A stretch of 64,000 bases of DNA from NCBI GenBank assembly GCA_965217585.1, contig OZ244561.1:5920001-5984000 (forward strand), read 5' to 3'. Every line of letters begins with the position of its first letter. The first letter of the stretch is position 1. The position numbers were made by a program, and so were the translations under genes. Under the pieces are notes generated by a model that saw nothing but the letters and a program-made list of their open reading frames with translations, was not told the DNA's origin and ran no database searches. The DNA comes from Candidatus Latescibacterota bacterium. GTDB taxonomy: Bacteria > Latescibacterota > UBA2968 > UBA8231. Below are positions 9,823 to 19,787 of this stretch, one piece after another.

Positions 9823-11931
9823 ATGGCGAACCCATACTGTCGCATCCTAATTGCTGTACTCATAGTGTCGAGCGCTTGCTTGGCCGCCGAAAGCGTTCAG
9901 AGTCAGCCACAAGTTGCGATCATCACCGGCGAAGTCCGGGATCCAACCTCGCGGGAAATCACATTTAGCTACCCGTCGCCGACAGAGTTGGACAATTCCG
10001 AGCAGCGCGTCGTGCTCGACAGTCTGAACCGCTTCTCCTGTGAGCTGCCTGTCGTCCGAGGGACCCTCGTCAGGGGGCATTACGAGGGAGGGCAGCCGAA
10101 ATGGAAGTGGGTGCAGTGGTTAGGAGCCTTCCTCTTTGATCACAGTCCCTTGGTCTTCTTCGTCGAACCCGGCGACAGTCTGTACGTGGCCGTGGAAGAG
10201 GGATTTTTCGGTCCTTCTTACTCGTTCAGCGGCCCCAACTCAGACAACAGCCGTCTCATTGCCGAGTGGTTCCCGCGATACTACTCCTTCCGTCTCGACT
10301 ACGAAGATCTGGAGGTGGAAGATTTCAAGCGCCAGATAGACCAGCGGCGGCAGGATCAGTTCGAGTTTCTGGCCGAGAGGCGCGAGAAATACGCACTCTC
10401 TCTAGGGTTTATCGACTACGCGACAGCCTACTTCAACTACGGGTGGGCCAATCTCATGATTTCTTATCCGACGAATTACTGGTTTGCCAACGGCCATAAT
10501 AACAGAAATATCCCCCCGGAGTACTATGACTTTCTCGAGGAAATCCCCCTAGGGGACGAAAAGGCCATAGGCGTAGGTAGTTATCACACCTTTCTGGAAC
10601 GAACCCTGGACTGGGAGTCTCAGGAGATGCCCCGACCATCCAGGCGGCCAAGTGGAGCTATCGGTCCCCCGACCAGTGATCGCGGGGAGTTAGGTGAGGT
10701 ACCCAGACGATCTTGGCAGCTATCCCAGATATACGATCTAGCGGATCTGGAGTTGTCGGAGGAGACCGTGGCCCAACTCGACGCCCTGTACGAAAAGGAG
10801 GGCCGGCGGCCCAAGCTGTCGCAGATGGTCGATCTGTCGGCGGTTGGTTTGTTGTCGGCTACCCAGACCCGGCTCGACTCAATGTACGAAAAAAAGAGAC
10901 TTCCCAAGCTCTCCCAGAGTTTTGATTTATCGGCGTTTGGTCTTTCGGAGTCTGCCCAAGCCCAACTCGACTCCTTATTTGAAAAATCTAAATCCTATAG
11001 CTTCTTCTCTTCGAGCAAGGAAGAAGTGCCTAGGGTGGATACGACGGGTGGGGTGTTGGCGTTCTATTTGCCAATCGCAATAAAGATGGATTCTCTGGCG
11101 AAAGAGCCGCCCAAGCTATCCGAGAAACTCGACCTATCGGGGCTGTCACAACCGGCCCGTGCCCAACTCGACTCCCTGTACGAACATCGCCAGCCGCTCA
11201 GGCTGTCTGAGAAGATTGATCTACCCGGCTTGGGTCTATCGGAGGCCACCCAGGCCCAACTCGATTCGATATATGCCTCTAAAGGAGGCCGGACGCATTG
11301 GAATTTTTCGAAAAGATACGATCTGGCCAAAAAAAAACTGGAGGGGAGAGTACTCTACTGGTTGCTGGCCGGAGAGGTGATTCGTGGCTTCAAACACGGC
11401 AGTGATGCCTTTGCGTTGGCCTATCGCAAGTGGGAAGATTTCCAAGAGATCAACCCGCACCCGGAATACACCGAGGCCGTCCAAGCGGCTCTGTATGAGG
11501 CCCTGAAGCTACAACCTGGGCAACCCGCACCCGAATTTACCCTTCACGATCTCGACGGTCAGCCCGTATCGCTGAGCCAGTTCAAGGGGCAGGTGGTTCT
11601 GCTCGATTTCTGGGCGAGTTGGTGCGGGCCGTGTATCGGTGACTTGCCCGAGCTCCGCGCAATCAAAGAAAAGACGGCGGATCAACCCTTGGTCTTCCTC
11701 AATCTATCGCTAGACACAGATGAGGCCGCTTGGCGAGAGGCGATTGATAAACACGGAATCGAAGGCGTCCACGTACGCGCGGATGGCTGGGGTGCGGACG
11801 TGGCCAAGTCTTACCAGGTAAACTCTTTGCCTTCGTATTACTTGGTGGACTCGCAAGGATTGATCGTGGAGCGTCTGTCTGGCGTAAGGGATACAGACGA
11901 GATCGTCGCGACGATCGAGAAGAGCTTGTGA
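9823..11931 (+). CDS. Exported TlpA/redoxin-family protein with internal ~30-aa repeats
   Basis: Signal-like N-terminus; C-terminal GQPAPEFTL...LDFWASWCGPC thioredoxin domain; five KLS..DL..LS..AQLDSLY repeats. Confidence 0.88.
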   Translation: MANPYCRILIAVLIVSSACLAAESVQSQPQVAIITGEVRDPTSREITFSYPSPTELDNSEQRVVLDSLNRFSCELPVVRGTLVRGHYEGGQPKWKWVQWLGAFLFDHSPLVFFVEPGDSLYVAVEEGFFGPSYSFSGPNSDNSRLIAEWFPRYYSFRLDYEDLEVEDFKRQIDQRRQDQFEFLAERREKYALSLGFIDYATAYFNYGWANLMISYPTNYWFANGHNNRNIPPEYYDFLEEIPLGDEKAIGVGSYHTFLERTLDWESQEMPRPSRRPSGAIGPPTSDRGELGEVPRRSWQLSQIYDLADLELSEETVAQLDALYEKEGRRPKLSQMVDLSAVGLLSATQTRLDSMYEKKRLPKLSQSFDLSAFGLSESAQAQLDSLFEKSKSYSFFSSSKEEVPRVDTTGGVLAFYLPIAIKMDSLAKEPPKLSEKLDLSGLSQPARAQLDSLYEHRQPLRLSEKIDLPGLGLSEATQAQLDSIYASKGGRTHWNFSKRYDLAKKKLEGRVLYWLLAGEVIRGFKHGSDAFALAYRKWEDFQEINPHPEYTEAVQAALYEALKLQPGQPAPEFTLHDLDGQPVSLSQFKGQVVLLDFWASWCGPCIGDLPELRAIKEKTADQPLVFLNLSLDTDEAAWREAIDKHGIEGVHVRADGWGADVAKSYQVNSLPSYYLVDSQGLIVERLSGVRDTDEIVATIEKSL

Positions 11932-12078
11932 GCAAGCTGCGCAGGCCTCTCTTGCAAGTTCCGGCAAATTCCTCACGGCCCTTCCCGACCTAAGCTCTGG
12001 GTACAAGAATTTTTTGCAATTAATGGGTCAGCATTAAAACGCTGGCCCATTTTTTTTGCCTGCTGGGTAAAAAAGTAT

Positions 12079-12138
12079 TTGCCTGAGCATACAGGATGTT
12101 TTATTATATCAGTGTATCGTTATACCGATACACTGATA
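12079..12138 (+). promoter_or_regulatory. Sigma70-like promoter overlapped by a YtrA/GntR-type palindromic operator
   Basis: -35 TTGCCT (12079-84), 17-bp spacer, -10 TATTAT (12102-07); perfect 13-bp inverted repeat TATCAGTGTATCG-N6-CGATACACTGATA (12107-12138) upstream of the GntR gene. Confidence 0.8.
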
Positions 12139-12233
12139 CTGCAAGAAAATCTCGACGAGGAGGCACTGTGAAACGCGACAGCCGACGCACAATTACCACA
12201 AGGCAGGGGCAGGACAGCTAAGGAGAGTCGCCA

Positions 12234-12626
12234 TTGCGCATAGATCCATCTAGCGGGGTTCCCATCTACCTGCAGATCATTGAGCAGGTGAAGTACCAGA
12301 TCGCCACCAAAGTGCTCAAGCCGCACGACGAATTGCCTTCGGTGCGGGCCTTGTCCGGGCAGTACTTGATCAATCCCAACACCGTGGTGCGGGCCTATTT
12401 GGAATTGGAGCGCGATGGGGTGATCTACAAAAAGCGGGGTATGGGCACTTATGTGGCCGAAAAGGATGTGACCATGAGTCAGGAGGAAAAATTCGAGATT
12501 GTGCGGCAATTGCTCGACAAAGCCTTGGTCCAGGCGACTGAACTGGGGCTGAGTCCGGGGGAGATGCAGCAGATCTTTCAGAAGCGTCTGGACCAGTTTG
12601 GCAAAGAGGAAAGCGAATCGACATGA
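12234..12626 (+). CDS. GntR family (YtrA subfamily) regulator
   Basis: PIYLQIIEQ, LPSVRAL, INPNTVVRAYLELERDG, RGMGTYV; short C-domain; precedes ABC genes. Confidence 0.93.
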   Translation: MRIDPSSGVPIYLQIIEQVKYQIATKVLKPHDELPSVRALSGQYLINPNTVVRAYLELERDGVIYKKRGMGTYVAEKDVTMSQEEKFEIVRQLLDKALVQATELGLSPGEMQQIFQKRLDQFGKEESEST

Positions 12627-13522
12627 CTGATACAGCGATCGCCATCGCGGGTTTGACCCACCGCTTTGGCCAGCGCACGGCTGTGGACAACCTCCAGATA
12701 GAGGTGCACGCCGGCGCGGTCTGCGGCTTTTTGGGGCGCAACGGAGCCGGCAAGACCACGACCATCAAAATACTGATGAACCTGCTTCAACCCACGGCCG
12801 GGCAGGTGGAGGTACTGGGGCTAGATCCGGGACGGGACTCGCTGGCGCTGTGGCGACAGGTAGGGTACGTAGCGGAGAATCCGATTCTGTACGGGTGGAT
12901 GAAGGTGCGGGAGTTGGTCTGGTTCACTGGCCAGTTCTACGAGACTTGGAATCAAAGCAAAGTCGAGGGCTTCATCGACCGTTTCGGCCTGGACCCAGAA
13001 CAGAAGGTCAAGCACCTCTCTCGCGGCATGAATGCCCAACTGGCCCTGGCCTTGGCCCTCGGGCACGAGCCTCGGCTGCTGATCCTCGACGAGCCGGCCT
13101 CGGGGCTGGACGTGGTGGTGCGGCGCGACTTTCTCGAAAGCATCATCGGGCTGATCCAAGAGGAGGGGCACACGGTCTTTCTGTCCTCGCATCTGGTGCA
13201 TGAAGTGGAACGGGTGGCCGACCGGGTGGTTATTATCGAGGCTGGTCGGCTGCAAGTGGAAGGGACGGTGGACGAGGTGAAACAGTCGGCTAAACGGGTG
13301 ATGGTGCGCTTGGCGGAAGATGCGGGTGAATTGACTGGTATCTCCGACTTGCGGGAGGTGCGAGGAGAGGGGGCACAGCGGCTGTTGACGGTGATGGGAT
13401 ATGGCGCAGAACAGGCCGCCCAGATAGAAGCGCAGGGCGGTCGGATCGCGGACGTGATGGATCTGAGCTTGGAGGATGCTTTCGTCGCTCACGTCCGCGC
13501 CACGGAAGGAGGCAAATCGTGA
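12623..13522 (+). CDS. ABC transporter ATP-binding protein (YtrB-like)
   Basis: GRNGAGKTT, LSRGM, LILDEP, SSH. Confidence 0.95.
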   Translation: MTDTAIAIAGLTHRFGQRTAVDNLQIEVHAGAVCGFLGRNGAGKTTTIKILMNLLQPTAGQVEVLGLDPGRDSLALWRQVGYVAENPILYGWMKVRELVWFTGQFYETWNQSKVEGFIDRFGLDPEQKVKHLSRGMNAQLALALALGHEPRLLILDEPASGLDVVVRRDFLESIIGLIQEEGHTVFLSSHLVHEVERVADRVVIIEAGRLQVEGTVDEVKQSAKRVMVRLAEDAGELTGISDLREVRGEGAQRLLTVMGYGAEQAAQIEAQGGRIADVMDLSLEDAFVAHVRATEGGKS

Positions 13523-15636
13523 ATCCGCTACGGGCGCTGATCTGGAAAGAAGGGCGCGAGTCGATCTACAAAATTGCCCTCGGTGTCTGCTTGGGGCTAT
13601 TCGTCGGGCTGACTATCAATCTCGACCACTATCCCTATCCCGACCCCTCCAATGTCATCAACTTTACTTTCGAGCAGATAAGCTTTCTGGTGGGTCTTTG
13701 CGGCGCTGTGCTGATGGGCATGGATGTAATGGCCGGGGAGCGCCGCCGGGGGACGCTGCCCTTCCTGTTGAGCCGGCCACTGAGGCCGGATATGTTGCTG
13801 GGAGTGAAGTTCGCAGTGGGGGCGGCCGGACTACTGGCGGTGCTGGCCGCGTACTGGGCCGGGGTGTACCTCGGGAAGTCGGGATGGGGAAATCCCGACT
13901 TCCAGGCCTCTGAATATTATATAAATTATATAGAGACGATCCTGACGGATGTCGGGTACGTCCGCATTGTCCTGCTGTGGTTTTTTCTTTTCCTGATCCT
14001 GTACACTGCGGTGTTCCTCGCCTCAGTTTTTTCCGACCGTTCCGCCCAAGCAGTGATAATTGGCCTGATGACGGTTTGGGTTGGGCTATTCTGCGTCGTC
14101 TTACTGTCTTTCGAGGCAGTCTCGTATTATCTCATGCTGGTCTTCCACACGGTGTTGGATCGCGATGCCGGGATCCTACGCCAAGCCTTTGACCCACCGC
14201 TGCTTCTGGCTAGGGTCGCGGGTGCTGGTCTATTAGCAGGCGGTGTGGTACTGTGGGCCTGCCGGGCGTTTAGAGCTCAGGCGAACAGGCGTTTCCAGTG
14301 GACTGTAGGCGCACTCACCCTGATTTCTGGGGGCATCGTGATGTGGTTGGATGTCACGCAGTCTCAGGGTGTAGAAGAGCCGACCGAGCCGGTGGGCCGC
14401 CTCCCCTATGCTACTCCCATCGTAGATCTGGCGCTGCAAGATCGGTTGGCGGTGGTGCTGCTGGAGCGGGGGGTGAGCGTGGTGGATGTGGCGGATTGGC
14501 GGGCACTGAGGGAAAGCGGCCGGGCGGAAATAGAGGGCTGGCAGCTCTGGCGGCTGGCCCTGTCCGGCTCGACTGCTTATGTCTGGGGATCGGCTGTGGC
14601 GCAAGACAGTGTAGGGGTGGCTGTATTTGATCTCAGTCAGCCCGAGCGTCCCCAACTGCGGGCACAGCGTTTACTCTATCCCATTGAGACGGGTCCCACT
14701 CCCTGGCTGAAGCACACTCCTAGGGTGGTGGGTTGGGCCGCATGGGAGGGCCATCTGTACGCTGGTCTGCTTGGGAACGAATCACTTGAACTGCATAGTT
14801 TCGACGTGCGGGAAGGCGGTCTGCCTCAACCCGTCCATGTGCTGCCGATCGCAGAGCGAGCTAAACACGTCTGGAACAACAACTGGGAGATGCGCTTGGC
14901 TGGCCTACATGCCTTTCTGACCTTGGGCCACGATTTCGTCGTTCTCGATCTAACCGATCCTCGTCGGCCTGAAGAGCTGAGTCGGACGCCTCTGCGCCGC
15001 TTTGGACCCTCCAAGCAGTATGAGGAATCCATCGAAGAACTCCATCACCAGCTAGCTCCCGGAGTGCTGCCGGACTCTGTCGCGCAGAAGCTGAAAGAAG
15101 CCGGTCGTCCAGGGCTGGGGGTTTTTCAGATGCGCAAGCGGACTCCCGATGGCGAGTCCTTCTATCGGATCGCCGCGCCGCCAGGATTGGGGCCCATCTC
15201 GCTAAGTGGTGACAAAGCGTATGTCCAGCGGTACTGGCCCGAGGAGCTAGCTGTGCTGGACATAGCCGATCTACGGAGGCCGGTGGAGGTCGATTATGTT
15301 CCTAATGAGTCTTTCTCTAGCGGACTGACCATGGACGGGGATTTTGCCTATGTCCTGAGATGGAACGGGATCGGTGCCTACGCCGTGGCTAGGTACGGAG
15401 CCTTGTGGAAGCGGGAGACGTTGGGCCTTGCGGACGAGGAAGAGGGCCTGCGGATTCCCGACATAATGACCGCGATCGCCGACACGAGCATAATCAGCTA
15501 CACGGGCCGCGAAATCGTCAAGGTCGTCGACATTTATATGCGCTATAAACGCCCCATCCCCATCCTAGCGGGCGATTATATCTGCGCGGTTCTGAAAAAC
15601 AACCTCGTCGTCTTCGAGGCCCTGCAGGACGACTGA
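13519..15636 (+). CDS. ABC-2 type permease fused to an LVIVD-like beta-propeller domain
   Basis: ALIWKE, E..RGTLPFLLSRP, about 7 TM segments; C-terminal VVLDLTDPRRP / VLDIADLRRPVEV / VFDLSQPERP repeats. Confidence 0.8.
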   Translation: MNPLRALIWKEGRESIYKIALGVCLGLFVGLTINLDHYPYPDPSNVINFTFEQISFLVGLCGAVLMGMDVMAGERRRGTLPFLLSRPLRPDMLLGVKFAVGAAGLLAVLAAYWAGVYLGKSGWGNPDFQASEYYINYIETILTDVGYVRIVLLWFFLFLILYTAVFLASVFSDRSAQAVIIGLMTVWVGLFCVVLLSFEAVSYYLMLVFHTVLDRDAGILRQAFDPPLLLARVAGAGLLAGGVVLWACRAFRAQANRRFQWTVGALTLISGGIVMWLDVTQSQGVEEPTEPVGRLPYATPIVDLALQDRLAVVLLERGVSVVDVADWRALRESGRAEIEGWQLWRLALSGSTAYVWGSAVAQDSVGVAVFDLSQPERPQLRAQRLLYPIETGPTPWLKHTPRVVGWAAWEGHLYAGLLGNESLELHSFDVREGGLPQPVHVLPIAERAKHVWNNNWEMRLAGLHAFLTLGHDFVVLDLTDPRRPEELSRTPLRRFGPSKQYEESIEELHHQLAPGVLPDSVAQKLKEAGRPGLGVFQMRKRTPDGESFYRIAAPPGLGPISLSGDKAYVQRYWPEELAVLDIADLRRPVEVDYVPNESFSSGLTMDGDFAYVLRWNGIGAYAVARYGALWKRETLGLADEEEGLRIPDIMTAIADTSIISYTGREIVKVVDIYMRYKRPIPILAGDYICAVLKNNLVVFEALQDD

Positions 15637-15669
15637 ATCAATGCACAGAACCTGAATGGAGGAAGCCTC

Positions 15670-17775
15670 ATGACGAATACATACTGCAACCTTCTAATTG
15701 CCATACTGATAGCGTCGAGCGCTTGTCTGGCCAGCGTTCAGAGCCAGTCATCGGTTGCGATTATCACCGGCGAAATCCGGGAGCCAACTTCGCGGGAAAT
15801 CGCGTTTAGCTACCAGCCGCCGTCGGCGATAGGAAGTGGTGAGGAGCGCGTCGTGCTCGACAGCCTGAACCGCTTCGCCTGCGAGCTGCCCGTCGTCCGA
15901 GGGGCCCTCGCTAGGGGGCATTACGAGGGCGGGCAGCCGCGGTCGAAATGGATGCAGTGGATTGGATACTTCCTCTTTGATCACGGTCCCTTCATCTTCT
16001 TCGTCGAACCCGGCGATAGTCTGCACATAGTCGTGGAGGAGGGCTTTTTCGGTCCTTCCTACTCGTTCAGCGGCCCCAACGCGGACAACAGCCGCTTCCT
16101 TGCCGAGTTGCTTCCGCGCTTTCGCGGCACTCGCTTGGACTACGAAGATCTGAAGGTGGAGGACTTTTCTCGCCAAGCGGACCAGTGGCTGCAGGATCAG
16201 TTGGAATTCTTGGCTGAAGAGCGCGAAGAATACGCACTCTCTCCGATTTTCGTCGACTATGCAACGGCCTACTTCAACTACGGGTGGGCCAGACTCATGA
16301 TTTCCTACCCGACGGAGTACCGCTTTGCCAACCACCATGAGAACAGAGAAATCCCCCCAGAGTACTACGACTTCCTCTAAGAAATTCCCCTAGGCGATGA
16401 GAAGGCTATTGGCGTAGGCAATTATCACACCTTTCTGACACGAACCTTGGACTGGGAGTCGGAGATGCCCAGACCACCTAGGCGGCCAAGTGGAGCTGTC
16501 GGCCCCTTGCCCAGTGAGCGCAGGGAGTTAGGCGAGGTGCCCAGACCATCTTGGCAGCTATCCGAGGTATACGATCTAGCGGATCTGGAGTTATCGGAGG
16601 AGGCCTTGGCCCAACTCGACGCCCTGTACGAAAAGGAGGGCCAGCGGCCCAAGCTGTCGCAGATGGTCGATTTGTCGGCAGTTGGGTTGTTCTCGGCTAC
16701 CCAGGCCCGGCTCGACTCGATGTACAAAAAAAAGAGATCTCCCAAGCTATCCCATATGTTGGATTTGTCGGCGTTTGGTCTTTCGCAGACCGTCCAAGCT
16801 GAACTCGACTCCTTCTTTGAAAAAAATGGCAGATCGTATACTACCATTTCTTCGAGTGAGGAAGAAGTGGCTAGGATGGATACGACGGATGGAGCATTGA
16901 TGTTCTTCATGCCTATAAACGAACAGATGGAGCCGCTCAAGAGGACGCCGAAATTGTCCGAAAAGGTCAATCTGTCAGCGATTGATTTATCGGAGGCTAC
17001 CCAGGCCCAACTCGATTCGATGTACGAACATCGGCAACCGCTCAGGCTGTCCGAGAAGATCAATCTATCCAGCTTGGGTCTATCCGAGGCCACCTGTGCC
17101 CAACTCGACTCGATATATGCCGATACCGGAGCCCGGATTATTTGGAGTTTTTCGAAAAGATACAATCTGGCCAAGGAAAAACTGGAAGGAAGAGTGCTCT
17201 ACTGGTTTTTGGCCAGAGAGCTGATCGGTAGGTTCGAGCGCGGCGGCAGCGGAGCTTTTGCGTTGGCCCAACGCAAGTGGGAAGATTTTCAACAGATCAA
17301 TCCGCATCCGGAATACACCGAGGCCGTCCAAGCGGCTCTGGATAAGGCCCTGAAGCTGCAACCTGGACAACCCGCCCCCGAATTCACCCTCGACGATCTC
17401 GACGGTCATCCCGTATCGCTGAGCCAATTTAAGGGGCAAGTAGTGCTGCTCGATTTCTGGGCGAGTTGGTGTGGACCGTGTATTAGCGACCTGCCCGATC
17501 TCCGCAGAATTAAGGGAAAAACGACTACTCTGCCGGTCGTCTTCCTCAACGTGTCGCTGGACACGGACGATGCCGATTGGCGAGAGTCGATTGACAAACA
17601 CGAGATCAAAGGCGTCCACGTGCGTGCGGACGGCTTTGGCTCGGACGTGGCCAAGTCCTACCAAGTAAATGGCATTCCTTCGTATTACTTGGTGGACTCA
17701 CAAGGGCTGATCGTAGAGAATCCTATCGTAGAGAATACGGACGAGATTGTAGCGACGATCGAGAAGAGCTTGTGA
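15670..17775 (+). pseudogene. Second repeat-containing TlpA paralogue interrupted by an in-frame TAA (16378-16380)
   Basis: Colinear with 9823-11931; GACTTCCTC-TAA-GAAATTCCC here vs GACTTTCTC-GAG-GAAATCCCC in the paralogue; ORFs 15670-16380 and 16447-17775 are in the same frame. Confidence 0.88.
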
Positions 17776-17906
17776 GCGAACTGAGCAGGCGTTCCTTGAG
17801 CCGAGCTAGTGCGTTCTAAATTCAAAAGCCCCATTCTCCCGCGTATTGCCGAGCCAGATCGGCGTGATTAGCTTGCGGAGGTAGTACATCCCAAGGAGAA
17901 GAGGCT

Positions 17907-18317
17907 ATGAAAGCGCTCGTCGTGCTCGTCGCGTTGGTCTGGACGGGGACGTCTTGTTCCGGTCCGACCACGAGCACGGATATGGTATTCGACTCTGCTG
18001 CCGAAGGGCCGGCGACCTTTGCGCAGGTGCAAACGACGATATTCGATGTGTCCTGCGCTTTGAGCGGCTGCCACGGCGACAGCGCCTGGCCCAACCTGTC
18101 GGCCGGGCAAGCATACGACAACATCGTCGATGTGGAGAGCAGCCGTGGCATAGCCTTGGTCGAGCCGGGCGATCCCGACAACAGCTACTTGTATCGCAAA
18201 CTCCTAGCAGACGCCGATGTCGATGGAGTCCGCATGCCTCTTGGCGGGCCGTACCTGACACCGGCCGCGCTCGAAACGGTGCGCGCTTGGATAGAAAAGG
18301 GGGCACCCAACGACTAA
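17907..18317 (+). CDS. Putative lipoprotein c-type cytochrome
   Basis: Lipobox-like GTSC; CALSGCH (CxxxxCH); VEPGDPDNSYL...RMP...WIEKGA. Confidence 0.75.
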   Translation: MKALVVLVALVWTGTSCSGPTTSTDMVFDSAAEGPATFAQVQTTIFDVSCALSGCHGDSAWPNLSAGQAYDNIVDVESSRGIALVEPGDPDNSYLYRKLLADADVDGVRMPLGGPYLTPAALETVRAWIEKGAPND

Positions 18318-18336
18318 TTCGCGCCGGGCAACGTGT

Positions 18337-18909
18337 ATGCGTTGGCTCATCCCGTTTCTGATCTGTTCGCCGCTGGCCGTCCACGGCGGCGAATGGCACG
18401 TCGATAAAAAGGCCGAGGGCAACCAAGTCGCGTTCACTTCCAAAGTGGTGGCCTTCACTTTTACCGGCACGACCGATAAAATCGACGGCTTTATCTATTG
18501 GGAAGGCGAGTCGCTTTTTGCGGCCAAGGACCAACTGCATTTTGAAGTGGACCTAGCCAGCTTTGATACGGGCATTGGCAAGCGGGACCGGGATATGCGC
18601 CAAGTGCTGGACACGGACCAGTGGCCCAAAGCCGTGTACAAAGGGGAAATCGCCGAACACACCGCCGTCGATTCCACCGTGGTCGCCTATCGCGTCAAGA
18701 CCAAGGGAATCCTGTCGCTACATGGGGTGGATCGGGCCGTAGAAGTGCCCGGTACCTTAGTGGTGGAAGAGGGGCGCTCCAAGGTCGAGGCAGCGTTCAC
18801 CATTAAACTGGCCGACTACAACATTGAGGCACCCTCGCTGGCGGCCTTTGTCAAGGTGAGTCAGGAAATTGCCATCAAAGTCTCGTTCTACTTAAAGCAC
18901 GTACAATAG
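18337..18909 (+). CDS. YceI family protein
   Basis: SFDTGIGKRDRDM, GILSLHGV, KLADYNI; signal peptide. Confidence 0.9.
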   Translation: MRWLIPFLICSPLAVHGGEWHVDKKAEGNQVAFTSKVVAFTFTGTTDKIDGFIYWEGESLFAAKDQLHFEVDLASFDTGIGKRDRDMRQVLDTDQWPKAVYKGEIAEHTAVDSTVVAYRVKTKGILSLHGVDRAVEVPGTLVVEEGRSKVEAAFTIKLADYNIEAPSLAAFVKVSQEIAIKVSFYLKHVQ

Positions 18910-18920
18910 GGCAGGAGAGA

Positions 18921-19787
18921 TTGACCGTGAACATTCGCGTCTTGTGGTTGGGAGCGCTGCTGCCGGCTTTGGCCGGTGCCCAGCCGTCGTGGCAGGCGAC
19001 TGTGCCGACCGAGATCCGGCTGGAGCTGTTTAGCGCTATTAAGACGGCCAATTATCCCACCACCGAAACGCTGTATCAAGGCGATTTCCACTACGAGATT
19101 TCGCACCGCTTTTCCCCGCCTATTGACGAGGGGTACAAGGCCAATTTCGGTTTTGATGGGCCGGCCAATATCCGCACCTCGCTTAGTTACGGCCTCAGCG
19201 ACCGGCTGATGGCGACCTTGGGGCGGAGTAATGTGCTGGACAATTTGGATCTGCAGTTGCAGTACCATTGGCTACAATTCCCCCACGAGCGCTTACCGGC
19301 GGTCGTGGCCCTAAACGTCGGCATGGCCTGGAATACGGATATGCCGGCTATTGTCGATCGAGATGCGGCTGCGGCTGACAATTTTCAGTACTATGGGCAG
19401 TTGATTGTCAATGCGCTGCTGGACGAAAGGTTGGGCATAGGGTTGGTGCCTTCCTATCTGTACAACAGCGCCATTTTCAGCGTCGATGCGCAGTACACCT
19501 TTACGCTGGGAACCTACGTCCAGTATTACTTTGACGATATGTGGGGCGTGTGGTTGGAGTATAGTCCGACCCTGACCGGGTACCAGGGCATTTTATTGCC
19601 GGGGGAAGCGGGCCGCTCGCACAATTCATTGGCTTGGGGCCTGTCCATAGATACGGGAGGGCATACCTTTTATATATTCGCCACCAACAATACGCGCCTC
19701 AGTCCAGCCCAGTACTTGGTGGGGGCACCCGACGACGCGGCCCCTGACAACTGGCGCTTGGGCTTTGGAATTACGCGCTTTTTGTGA
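18921..19787 (+). CDS. DUF5777-like outer-membrane beta-barrel protein
   Basis: ISHRF, FGFDG.ANIR, DTGGHTF, LGFGITR C-terminus; next to YceI. Confidence 0.75.
   Translation: MTVNIRVLWLGALLPALAGAQPSWQATVPTEIRLELFSAIKTANYPTTETLYQGDFHYEISHRFSPPIDEGYKANFGFDGPANIRTSLSYGLSDRLMATLGRSNVLDNLDLQLQYHWLQFPHERLPAVVALNVGMAWNTDMPAIVDRDAAAADNFQYYGQLIVNALLDERLGIGLVPSYLYNSAIFSVDAQYTFTLGTYVQYYFDDMWGVWLEYSPTLTGYQGILLPGEAGRSHNSLAWGLSIDTGGHTFYIFATNNTRLSPAQYLVGAPDDAAPDNWRLGFGITRFL

Noticed and set aside
16378-16380. Programmed readthrough, selenocysteine or alternative genetic code
   Set aside because: The codon is TAA, it aligns to Glu in the paralogue, and TAA terminates other genes normally here
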